Shown: in pieces, positions 16,606 to 24,917 of the stretch
Position numbering within the stretch: the stretch's first letter is position 1
Layout: every line of letters starts with the position of its first letter
Source of the DNA: Caldilineae bacterium
Lineage (GTDB): Bacteria > Chloroflexota > Anaerolineae > DTLA01
Length of the DNA: 39,826 bases
Direction: 5' to 3'
Assembly (NCBI GenBank): GCA_037446815.1
Contig: JBBIHX010000011.1
Coordinates: forward strand, 1 to 39,826
The notes under the pieces: generated by a model
Databases searched by the model: none
The model's input: the letters and a program-made list of their open reading frames with translations, nothing else
What the model was told of the DNA's origin: nothing
Position numbers and translations under genes: made by a program

Positions 16606-17868
16606 CTACTGCAACAGGTTCATCGCCCAGAAGTCGCGCATCTTGGCAATGTTGGCATACACGTACATGTCGTCTTGCGACCAGACGCTCAGTTCCTCGC
16701 GGGGGATAGCGCCTTCGGGCGCGGGCACATCCGTGCGCGCCGCGTAGTCGCCGATGACGTTCCACGGCTCAAACCCTTCGTTCAGGATGAAGCGGATAAA
16801 GAGTTTGGCTGCATTCGGATGAGGCGCGCGGTTGATGATCGCCAGGTACGCCTGCGTCTGCACGCCCATGACCGGCTTCACGCCCTTGCAAGCGTCAAAG
16901 ACCACCTCGCCCTTGAGCGTGCGGCGGTACTTGGAGTACGACGTGAAGCCCACGCCCGCCTCCTTCATGCCGGGGGTCGCGAAGGCTTCCACAACCTCGT
17001 CGCCGCCCGGCTCCGGCACGGGCGAGTTCTGGGCGAACCGCTTGACCCACAGCCAGCCCGCGTCGGGCGTGTCGGGATCCAGCACCGGGTCTTTTCCGTA
17101 GTATTCCCGGTACGCCGCGGCCAGTTCCTCCGCGTGGGCTGCGATGGTCGTGAGAATGCCCATGGTGGAAGCGTCGGTCAGCGGATCCTCAATGAAGACC
17201 TTGCCCTTCCACTCCGGCTCGGTCAACTGCCACCAGTTGGTGATGGGGCAGCCGTTGGGGTTGAGTTCGGTGTTATAGCCCAGGACACGCACACCATAGC
17301 GCGAGACCACAAACGGGTTGCGGGCCTCGGGCGGGATCACGTCCAGCAGGTCATCGGGCACAAAGGGCACCAGGTAGCCCTTGGGCAGGAACTCGCCGAA
17401 CACGTCGGGGCCGCCGCCGGAGAAGTACACGTCGCCGATGTAGGCGCCGGCCTTCTGCTCCTCGCGCACCTTGATGACCGCGTCATCGCCGCCCAGGTCG
17501 TACCCTTCCACGGTGATCTCGGGGTACTTCTCCATGAACATGGCGGCGGCGTTCTCAATGCGCGACGAGTTGGCGTAGACGATGACCTTGCCTTCCTTCT
17601 TCGCCGCGGCCTCAATCGCCGCCCAGTCTTGCTTGGCGGGGGCGAACTTGCCCAGTTCCGCCGCCTTCAGCCACTGCTCATCCGGCGTCAGCGTCGGTTC
17701 GGGCGTTGGGGCGGGCGGCTGCGTCGGAGCCACAGTCGGCTGCGCGGGCGCAGTCGTGGGCGCAGTCGTGGGCGCGGGCTTGGGCGTTGGCGTCGCGGCC
17801 GGCGCGCCGCACCCCGCGATGAGCACTACCAACAGACATACCGAAAGAACCTTCACCAGCGTCTTCAT
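16606..17868 (-). CDS. ABC transporter solute-binding lipoprotein (AfuA/FbpA/PotD-like class)
   Basis: Lipobox LIAG-C; PT-rich linker with 12-bp tandem repeats (PTTA); AAAKKEGKVIVY, GYNTEL, W..L..PEWKGK, APHPNAAKLFI. Confidence 0.9.
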   Translation of the reverse strand: MKTLVKVLSVCLLVVLIAGCGAPAATPTPKPAPTTAPTTAPAQPTVAPTQPPAPTPEPTLTPDEQWLKAAELGKFAPAKQDWAAIEAAAKKEGKVIVYANSSRIENAAAMFMEKYPEITVEGYDLGGDDAVIKVREEQKAGAYIGDVYFSGGGPDVFGEFLPKGYLVPFVPDDLLDVIPPEARNPFVVSRYGVRVLGYNTELNPNGCPITNWWQLTEPEWKGKVFIEDPLTDASTMGILTTIAAHAEELAAAYREYYGKDPVLDPDTPDAGWLWVKRFAQNSPVPEPGGDEVVEAFATPGMKEAGVGFTSYSKYRRTLKGEVVFDACKGVKPVMGVQTQAYLAIINRAPHPNAAKLFIRFILNEGFEPWNVIGDYAARTDVPAPEGAIPREELSVWSQDDMYVYANIAKMRDFWAMNLLQ

Positions 17869-17996
17869 TTCTCCCTCCTAGCGTGTCTTTCCGGAAAGGA
17901 AACCGTTAGGTCAAACTTGTTGCTCCTCCCCGTTCTCGCCTCCTTTCTACTGACTGACGGCGCGTCATCGGCCAGGCGCGCCCATGCGGATCACGC

Positions 17997-19088
17997 TCAT
18001 GCCTTCCGGATCGCCACAAGATTGCCTGTGGCGGCGTCGTACAGATTGATGGTGTTGGGGTCAAACTTTAGCCACACGGGATCGTCCATTTTGATGGGGC
18101 TGATGCCGGGCACGCGGACGGTAATGTCGCGTTCGCCGAGCCGCGCAACGATGGTGGAATCCGCTCCCGACGGCAGCACCGAGTAGACCGTGAACTTCAC
18201 TGTGTCCGGCGTCGGCTCCGTGTACACCCCGATATCCTCGGGGCGTATGGCCAGCACGACCTTGCCCTCCACGCCCTGCGTCACCATCGGCACCTTGAAT
18301 TCGCCCAGGTTCACGCAACCCTGGCCGTCCACGACCCCCTCCAGCAGGTTCACCTTCGGGTTGCCGATGAAGTCGGCCACGAACAGGTTGGCCGGGCAGC
18401 GGTACACACGGTCGGGCGGATCCACCTGCTGCAACACCCCGTCCTTCATCACCGCAATCAGCGACGACATGGTGAGCGCCTCCACCTGGTCGTGGGTAAC
18501 GTAGATGGTCGTCGCGCCGGCCACGTGGTGCAGCCGCTTCAGTTCGGCCCGCATGTCCATGCGCAGGCGCGCGTCCAGGTTGGAGAGCGGCTCGTCCATG
18601 AGGAAGACCTTGGGCCGATACGCCAGCATCCGCGCCAACGCAATCCGCTGCTGCTGGCCGCCGCTCATCTCCCGTGGGTACCGATTCTCGTACCCCAGCA
18701 TCTTCACCTCGGCCAGCGACTCTTTCACCCGCTTGTCAATCTCGGCTTTCGGCAGTTTTCGGATCTCCAGCGCGAAACTCATGTTCTTGTACACGGTCAT
18801 ATGCGGCCAGAGCGCGTAATTCTGGAACACCAGCCCCACGTCCCGCTGGCCCGCGGGCAGCGAAATCCCGCGCGCCCGCGAGTAGACCAGTTTGTCGCCA
18901 ATGTAGATTTCGCCCTCATCGGGGTCTTCCAGCCCCGCCACGCAGCGCAGGAGCGTCGTCTTCCCGCAGCCCGATGGGCCTAGCAGCGTGAGGAACGCCC
19001 CCGCTTCTATGGTCAGGCTCACGTTGTTGACGGCCACCACGTCGCCAAACCGCTTTGTGAGGTTCTTAATCGTAATGGTTGTGCCCAT
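17997..19088 (-). CDS. ABC transporter ATP-binding protein with C-terminal TOBE domain
   Basis: GPSGCGKT, VFQNYALWPH, MSGGQQQR, LMDEPLSNLD, YVTHDQ. Confidence 0.95.
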   Translation of the reverse strand: MGTTITIKNLTKRFGDVVAVNNVSLTIEAGAFLTLLGPSGCGKTTLLRCVAGLEDPDEGEIYIGDKLVYSRARGISLPAGQRDVGLVFQNYALWPHMTVYKNMSFALEIRKLPKAEIDKRVKESLAEVKMLGYENRYPREMSGGQQQRIALARMLAYRPKVFLMDEPLSNLDARLRMDMRAELKRLHHVAGATTIYVTHDQVEALTMSSLIAVMKDGVLQQVDPPDRVYRCPANLFVADFIGNPKVNLLEGVVDGQGCVNLGEFKVPMVTQGVEGKVVLAIRPEDIGVYTEPTPDTVKFTVYSVLPSGADSTIVARLGERDITVRVPGISPIKMDDPVWLKFDPNTINLYDAATGNLVAIRKA

Positions 19089-19097
19089 GCTCCCCCC

Positions 19098-20933
19098 TTA
19101 CATTCCTAGACCTTTTTTCAGGCTACCGCCTCGGAATCGCCCGATCACGAAGTTCCCGACGAGAACCAGCGCGATCAGGATGAGGATCACCGCGTTCGCC
19201 ATCTGGGTATCGCCGTTCTCGGTGTAGCGCATGGTCTGGCTGGCCAGCACCTGCGTTGAAGGCGTAACCAGCAAGATGATGAGGGACAATTCGCGCATCG
19301 TCGTGATGAACGTCAGCAGAAAGCCGGACACGAACCCGGCGCTCGTCAGCGGGAAGATGATGCGCTTGAACCGCTGCCACAGACCGGCCCCCGCGATCTG
19401 CCCCGCTTCCTCCAGTTCTCTCCCCACCTGGAGCATCGCCGATACGCCGCTCCGCGCCGAGTACGGGATGTGCTTCGCCACAGACACAACCACGAGCAGC
19501 GCGAATGTCCCGTAGAGCGCCGGAATCGGCCCCACGCGCTTGGAGAACATGGAGATGTACACCGCGCCGAAGGCGATGCCGGGTATCACGTAGGGGATGA
19601 ACGAAAGTTGCTCCACCAGTTTGGACAGGCGCGTGCCCCTCCCCTTCACGATGGCATAGCCCAGGATAACCCCGAGCAGCGCCGTGAAGAAGGCCGTGAG
19701 CAGCGACAGCCGAATGGAGTTCCAGGCGCTGGCGTAAATCTTCGGGTTACGCAGCACGCCAGGGGCACCGTTCGCAATGTTGATATCACTCTTGCCAATC
19801 CAGTAGTGCAATGTGAGGTTGCTGAGGCTGTAATCGCCCGCCCGCAGCATGAACGTGTCATAGGCAAGCAGGCCCAGCGGGAGTGCGATCACCAGAACCT
19901 GGAAGATGATCACGAAGACCGCGATGACATTGCGCCACCGGCGCAACTGAGCCACATGTGCCACAAACCCGCGGCCCCCGATGGTCTCGTAACTCTTGCG
20001 CGTGCCGATGACGCGCTGGTTGATGTAAATCGTTACGATGGTGAATAGAATGAGCACGATGGCCAGCACGAACCCATCCGCGAACTCCCCGATGGCCACG
20101 TTGGAGCGAATCATCGTGGCGATGACGTAGTACCGCACGGGCACGCCCAGCACGTTGGGCCCGCCAAACGTCCCCATGACTTTGGAGAACGTCATGATGA
20201 ACCCCGATAGCAGGGCCGGCAGCACCAATGGGAACGTGATGCGCCGAAGGATTCGGCTTCGGCCCGCCCCCATCAGTTCCGCTGCCTCCTCCAGGTTGGA
20301 GTCAATGGACATCAGCGCGGCCGAAACGAACAGGAAGAAGAAGGTGTAGTAGTGCAGCGCGCTGCTCACGATGATGGGAAACGGACCATAGGCCAGCCAC
20401 GTGGGAATCGGACGCCCAATCAGGTACTCCAGGAGGCCGGGGGTGCCACCGGCCGCCCTCGTGTTGAACAGCACCTTCCACGCCATGGCGATGGTCCACG
20501 AAGGCATGATGTACGGTATCGTGGCGAGGTTGTTGATGAGTTTGCGCCCGGGCATGTCTGTTCGGATGACCAACCAGGCCAGCACGGAGCCGATGAACAT
20601 CGCCAGGAGCGTGGCCCCGGTAGCCACCACCAGCGAATGCTGAAGCGGCGCGTACAGGAAAACCTTGCTCACCCGGCTCGCCAGCATCCGCACCCAGTGA
20701 TACGCCGTGAGTTGGCCGGGGACTGCATCGGGCACCGCATGGACATCGCGCTCCTGGTACGTTACCGTCGTCTCCACCATGCGGTACAGCGGCACCAGGA
20801 TGAGGTACACCATCATCACCAGCAGGATGAGCGCCAGGAGCACCCGCGCGCTGGTCAGCCAGCGGATGAACCGTCGGTACGCTGCCAGAATGCGCACCGA
20901 CAAGGGCAGTTCAATCGCCTCAGGAACGCTCAT
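19098..20933 (-). CDS. Fused double-domain ABC permease (AfuB/FbpB-like)
   Basis: Two EAA loops (LEEAAELMGA, LEEAGQIAGA); RTDMPGR; about 12 or more hydrophobic segments. Confidence 0.92.
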   Translation of the reverse strand: MSVPEAIELPLSVRILAAYRRFIRWLTSARVLLALILLVMMVYLILVPLYRMVETTVTYQERDVHAVPDAVPGQLTAYHWVRMLASRVSKVFLYAPLQHSLVVATGATLLAMFIGSVLAWLVIRTDMPGRKLINNLATIPYIMPSWTIAMAWKVLFNTRAAGGTPGLLEYLIGRPIPTWLAYGPFPIIVSSALHYYTFFFLFVSAALMSIDSNLEEAAELMGAGRSRILRRITFPLVLPALLSGFIMTFSKVMGTFGGPNVLGVPVRYYVIATMIRSNVAIGEFADGFVLAIVLILFTIVTIYINQRVIGTRKSYETIGGRGFVAHVAQLRRWRNVIAVFVIIFQVLVIALPLGLLAYDTFMLRAGDYSLSNLTLHYWIGKSDINIANGAPGVLRNPKIYASAWNSIRLSLLTAFFTALLGVILGYAIVKGRGTRLSKLVEQLSFIPYVIPGIAFGAVYISMFSKRVGPIPALYGTFALLVVVSVAKHIPYSARSGVSAMLQVGRELEEAGQIAGAGLWQRFKRIIFPLTSAGFVSGFLLTFITTMRELSLIILLVTPSTQVLASQTMRYTENGDTQMANAVILILIALVLVGNFVIGRFRGGSLKKGLGM

Positions 20934-21002
20934 ATCCCCTCCCTCGCAATGTCAGCACCCGAACGCGGCTTCAGCGCGCCCCTGCGCCAATGGATGCCGG
21001 CC

Positions 21003-21911
21003 TCACGGAACGCCGCGCTCTTCTCGTTCGCTCCAGGTGAGTTTGACGGGCATATCCATGTTGTACGTCTCGCGCATCCGCTCCAGCCGATTGAGGGCCG
21101 CGAGACTCTCCTCGGGCCGAGCCATGGCCACGGACAGAATCAGGGCATTCAGGATGGACATCGGCACGGTGAGCGAGTGGAATGTGGACACCGGCCCCCT
21201 GCGCGCGGCCAGCACCACATCCGCCTTGTGGCGAAGCGCGGGGCCAAGTGTGTCGGTGAGGAGCACGGAGCCGCACCCCACGGCCCGCGCATGCTCCAGC
21301 ACCACCACCAGTTCATGCCGCACGTACTGAAACCCCGCCGCCAGCACTGCATCGCCCTGCTGGAGCAGTTGCAACTTCTCCAGCAGGTGGCGCCCCGACT
21401 CGGTCATCGCCAACGCCCAGATGCCCAATCGCCTGAACCGCAGTTCGGCCAAATCCGCCAAGACGGCCGACGGCCCGCTGGCGAAGATGAAGAGCCGCTG
21501 GCCGCCCAGCAGGATTTGCACGGCGCGGTCAAAATCGGCCCCGTCTATGCTGTGAGCGGCCTCTTGGAGGTACTGCACCTCCATCTCCAGAACCTTGGTG
21601 AGGGTAGACCCCTCGCCATCCGACAACTCGTGGAGTTTGCGCTGAAGGCGACTGGCGGGTGTGGTGCGCTGGCGGAAGAGTTCCTGAAGATAGCGGCGGA
21701 GTTCCGGAAACCCGCTGAACCCCACCGCCCGGGCAAACCGACCCAGCGTCGCCTCGCTGACATCCAACCGCTCCACCAGGTCAGCAGCCGTGAGGAATGC
21801 CGCCTCGTCGTAGTTCGCCAGAAGATAGTCGGCGATGCGGCGCTGACTCTTGGTCAGGCTCGGGAAGTGGGCTTCCAGCCGTTGCCGAAAATCGTTGAGT
21901 CCTTGCTCCAT
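21003..21911 (-). CDS. RpiR/MurR-family transcriptional regulator (HTH plus SIS)
   Basis: LTKSQRRIADY, VSEATLGRFARAVGFSGFPEL, C-terminal SIS domain. Confidence 0.92.
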   Translation of the reverse strand: MEQGLNDFRQRLEAHFPSLTKSQRRIADYLLANYDEAAFLTAADLVERLDVSEATLGRFARAVGFSGFPELRRYLQELFRQRTTPASRLQRKLHELSDGEGSTLTKVLEMEVQYLQEAAHSIDGADFDRAVQILLGGQRLFIFASGPSAVLADLAELRFRRLGIWALAMTESGRHLLEKLQLLQQGDAVLAAGFQYVRHELVVVLEHARAVGCGSVLLTDTLGPALRHKADVVLAARRGPVSTFHSLTVPMSILNALILSVAMARPEESLAALNRLERMRETYNMDMPVKLTWSEREERGVP

Positions 21912-21964
21912 CCGCCACCTCGCGTCGGCGGGACCTGCACACGTTATCAGGCCCACCGTGAAAG

Positions 21965-21993
21965 ATTATACATCAAAATCTGTGAAAATGCAA
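21965..21993 (-). promoter_or_regulatory. Sigma70 promoter of the leftward RpiR-ABC-HAD-iPGM-kinase operon
   Basis: Minus strand TTGCAT-17 bp-TATAAT in an AT-rich intergenic region. Confidence 0.8.
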
Positions 21994-22051
21994 GAGGAAT
22001 TTCATTTCGCGCGAAACTTTAAACTTAGGCCGCCGAGTGTTGTAACCCGAC

Positions 22052-22080
22052 TGGCAAAACGCCGCAAAATGTAGTATAGT
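22052..22080 (+). promoter_or_regulatory. Putative sigma70 promoter of the rightward RpiR-oxidoreductase unit
   Basis: TGGCAA-17 bp-TATAGT. Confidence 0.55.
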
Positions 22081-22128
22081 CTTCACGGACATCCGGCCAG
22101 GGTGGACTTTTCGGGTCGGGAGGAAACC

Positions 22129-23031
22129 ATGGGTGCCAATGAGTGCCCCGAATTCAGCGAACTGGTGCGCGCCCGCTTTGGTTCCCTCACCAAAAGCGAG
22201 CGCCGCATCGCCGACTACATCCTGCGCAACCAGGAGGAGGCGGCATTCCTTTCCGCCGCCGAGCTGGCCGAGCGCGTGGACATCAGCGAAGCGACGGTCG
22301 TCCGCTTCGCCTACAGCCTGGGGTTCTCGGGCTTCCCCGAACTGCGCGCCTGCCTGCAGGCCCTGTTCCGCCGCCGTGTCTCGCACGCCGCCCGCCTGCG
22401 CAAGAAACTCGCCGAAATCAGCCCCGAGTCCCACATCTTGGAGCAGGTCGTCGCCATGGAAGTGGAGTACCTCACCGACGCCCTGCGAACCGTCTCGCGC
22501 GACGCCTTTGACGAGGCCGTGCGCCTCATCTGCGGAGCGCGGCGCACCTTCGTCTACGCACTGAGCGGGTCGGCGACGTTGGCCGAACTGCTGCAGCATC
22601 GCCTGCGCCGATTCGGCCTGGACGTGGTGCTCCTCACCCAGTCGGGCCGCGAAATCTGCGAGCCGCTGCTGAGCCTCGGCAGCGACGACGTCCTCTTCGC
22701 CATGCTCTTCTTCAACATCTCGGACGTCATGGAGGCGACGCTGGCCTACGCCAAAGAGTGCGGCGCCAAGGTCATTCTGCTCACCGACACCTTGGGCCCC
22801 CTGGTCCGAGAGCACACGGATGTGCTGCTTGAGGCGCAGCGCGGCCCCGTCATGGCGTTTCATTCGCTCATCGTGCCGATGGCCATCATCCAAGCCCTCA
22901 TCATCGCCGTGGCCATGGCCAACGAAGAGAAATCCCTCGCCACGCTGGACCGGCTGGACGAGATTCGCCAGCGCCTCAACTTTGACACATCGGTGCGCGT
23001 CTGGCAGCCGACGAGGAAGAAACCCGGCTAG
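22129..23031 (+). CDS. RpiR/MurR-family transcriptional regulator (paralogue of the divergent one)
   Basis: LTKSERRIADY, ISEATVVRFAYSLGFSGFPEL; shares LLTDTLGP and RGPV..FHSL.VPM with its neighbour; RBS GGGAGG. Confidence 0.92.
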   Translation: MGANECPEFSELVRARFGSLTKSERRIADYILRNQEEAAFLSAAELAERVDISEATVVRFAYSLGFSGFPELRACLQALFRRRVSHAARLRKKLAEISPESHILEQVVAMEVEYLTDALRTVSRDAFDEAVRLICGARRTFVYALSGSATLAELLQHRLRRFGLDVVLLTQSGREICEPLLSLGSDDVLFAMLFFNISDVMEATLAYAKECGAKVILLTDTLGPLVREHTDVLLEAQRGPVMAFHSLIVPMAIIQALIIAVAMANEEKSLATLDRLDEIRQRLNFDTSVRVWQPTRKKPG

Positions 23032-23082
23032 GCCCCCAGGCCCGTTGCGCCGGCCATTACACACGACACGGAGGAACCCCGC

Positions 23083-24252
23083 ATGGAACGATTGCACGCC
23101 GCCATTGCAGGCATCGGATTTGTGGGCAGGGCTCACCTGGAGGCCCTTCGCCGCCTAGGCATTCCCGTCGCCGGGGTCTTGGGGAGCACGCCCGAGAAAG
23201 GCCGCCGATTTGCGGAGACCTTCGGCATCCCCCGCGCCTACGCGGACCTCGCGGAGATGCTCGCAGACCCCGCCGTGGACGTGGTGCACGTGTGCACGCC
23301 CAATCACCTGCACTTCGCCATGGCGTCCGCCGCCATGCGTGCGGGGAAGCACGTCGTCTGCGAGAAGCCCCTGGCGCTGACCGCGGGCGAGTCGCAGGAA
23401 CTGCTGCGCATTCAACAGCAGACGGGGCGCGCCTTCGCCGTCTGCTTCAACCAGCGCTACTACCCGCTGTGCCATGAGGCGCGGGCCCGGATTCTCGGCG
23501 GCCAGGTGGGCGCCATCCGCGTGGTGCACGGCGAGTTCCTCCAGGATTGGCTCTTTTCGCCCGCCGTCTGGAGTTGGCGACTGGACCCCGCCCAGGGGGG
23601 CACCCTGCGCACCGTGGGCGACATCGGCAGCCACTGGCTGGACCTGGTGGAGTGGATCACCGGCCTGCGAGTCGTGGAGGTGTGCGCTGACCTGGCCACG
23701 TTCATCCCGACGCGGCGCAGACCCGCGAGCGGCGCGGAGACATTCTCCGACGGCGTGGCCGCGCCCGACGCCGAGGAGGTCGCCGTCCAGGGCGAGGACT
23801 ACGCGGCCATCCTCTTGGCCTTTTCCAACGGCGCGCGAGGTTCCGTAACCCTATCCCAGGTGTGTCCCGGGCGCAAGAATCGTCTGCGGTGGGAAATCAG
23901 CGGGGACAAAGCCGCCCTGTGGTGGGACGCCGAAGACCCGAATCGCCTGTGCATCGGCCACGCCGACGCGCCCAACGAGACGCTCATCAAGTCGCCCGGG
24001 CTGATGATGCCCGATGCGCGCGCCTACGCCGCGTACCCCGCCGGGCACGCCGAAGGATACCCGGACACGTTCGTGCGGCTTTTCCAGGACGTGTACGAGC
24101 ACATCGCGAGCGGCGCTTCCCTGTCGTCCGCCCCGTTCCCCACGGTCGCCGACGGGCATCGGCAGATGGTCTTGTGCGAGGCCATCGGCGAGAGCGCCCG
24201 CCTGCGACGGTGGGTGAGGGTGGAGAGCGGCGCAGAGCCCGCGGCGGGCTGA
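23083..24252 (+). CDS. Gfo/Idh/MocA-family NAD(P)-dependent oxidoreductase
   Basis: GIGFVG, CTPNHLH, HVVCEKP, DIGSHWLD; sugar-dehydrogenase-type GHAEGY tail. Confidence 0.93.
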   Translation: MERLHAAIAGIGFVGRAHLEALRRLGIPVAGVLGSTPEKGRRFAETFGIPRAYADLAEMLADPAVDVVHVCTPNHLHFAMASAAMRAGKHVVCEKPLALTAGESQELLRIQQQTGRAFAVCFNQRYYPLCHEARARILGGQVGAIRVVHGEFLQDWLFSPAVWSWRLDPAQGGTLRTVGDIGSHWLDLVEWITGLRVVEVCADLATFIPTRRRPASGAETFSDGVAAPDAEEVAVQGEDYAAILLAFSNGARGSVTLSQVCPGRKNRLRWEISGDKAALWWDAEDPNRLCIGHADAPNETLIKSPGLMMPDARAYAAYPAGHAEGYPDTFVRLFQDVYEHIASGASLSSAPFPTVADGHRQMVLCEAIGESARLRRWVRVESGAEPAAG

Positions 24253-24292
24253 GAACCGCGGGCGCATCCCCCGGCAACCCACCGCCGCGCCA

Positions 24293-24538
24293 TCAGTCGG
24301 AGGGGGAAGAGAACTCCCGCGCGACCTCAATCACGCTCACGGGCAGTTTGGGGTTCCCGTTCAGCACGCACTGCGCCCAGATATACTCCTCTCCGTAAAT
24401 CACGAGATCGTCCGAAGTGAAGCAGAACTCCTCGGCGATGGCCGTCATTCGCTCCATGAACAGACGGCATTCGTCTTCTTCCAACGGCAACGCCATGAGT
24501 TGGGCTTTGAGGGTCGCCAGCAGTTCGTGGGGGATCAT
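24293..24538 (-). CDS. Small acidic hypothetical protein (81 aa)
   Basis: RBS GAGGGAG before ATG; host-like codon usage; directly follows the zinc-ribbon gene. Confidence 0.65.
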   Translation of the reverse strand: MIPHELLATLKAQLMALPLEEDECRLFMERMTAIAEEFCFTSDDLVIYGEEYIWAQCVLNGNPKLPVSVIEVAREFSSPSD

Positions 24539-24578
24539 CGCTCCCTCTCACAGCAAACTCTGTGGCGCTCGCGTGCCT

Positions 24579-24713
24579 CTACTTCCCCTCTTTCTTCACC
24601 ACCCGCACGCTGTTGCTGCGACACTTCGGGCACATTCGCTCCTTGTCGGGGTCATGCTCCTCCTCCCACTCGTGCCCGCACCGCATGCATTTGAACTTCA
24701 CCTTGTCAGCCAC
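24579..24713 (-). CDS. 44-aa zinc-ribbon protein (CxxC...CPxC)
   Basis: Not in the ORF track. GTG at 24713 with RBS GGAGGGG; MADKVKFKCMRCGHEWEEEHDPDKERMCPKCRSNSVRVVKKEGK. Confidence 0.8.
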   Translation of the reverse strand: MADKVKFKCMRCGHEWEEEHDPDKERMCPKCRSNSVRVVKKEGK

Positions 24714-24739
24714 TTATCCCCTCCAGACCCACAGCACGA

Positions 24740-24917
24740 TCCACGAATAACGCGGATAGACGCGAATGGAAGATTCGCAGATCTCACCGCAGAGATTGCA
24801 CCGCGGAGACGGAGAGGACGCAGAGGAGAGCAGAATCTAGAGGAATCCTTTGATTCCTCTGCGTGCTGGGCACCTCTGCGGTGAACTCCAGCCACTCTGC
24901 CCGCTCTCTGCGGTGAA
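24740..24917. repeat. Nested CACCGCAGAG / CTCTGCGGTG inverted-repeat cluster
   Basis: CACCGC(A/G)GAG at 24785 and 24799; CTCTGCGGTGAA at 24874 and 24906; inner hairpin AGAGGAATC..GATTCCTCT at 24839-24860. Confidence 0.75.

Noticed and set aside
17740..17785. 12-bp tandem repeat as a contingency locus
   Set aside because: It is in frame and encodes the ordinary PT-rich lipoprotein linker.
16606..20933. Calling the ABC system an iron(III) transporter
   Set aside because: The family is Fbp/Afu-like, but RpiR/HAD/mutase context favours a phosphorylated organic solute; specificity cannot be read from sequence.
24740..24917. Archaeal/eukaryote-style 3'-UTR SECIS for hdrA
   Set aside because: A typical bacterial SECIS already lies next to the UGA, and this region looks like a dispersed repeat.
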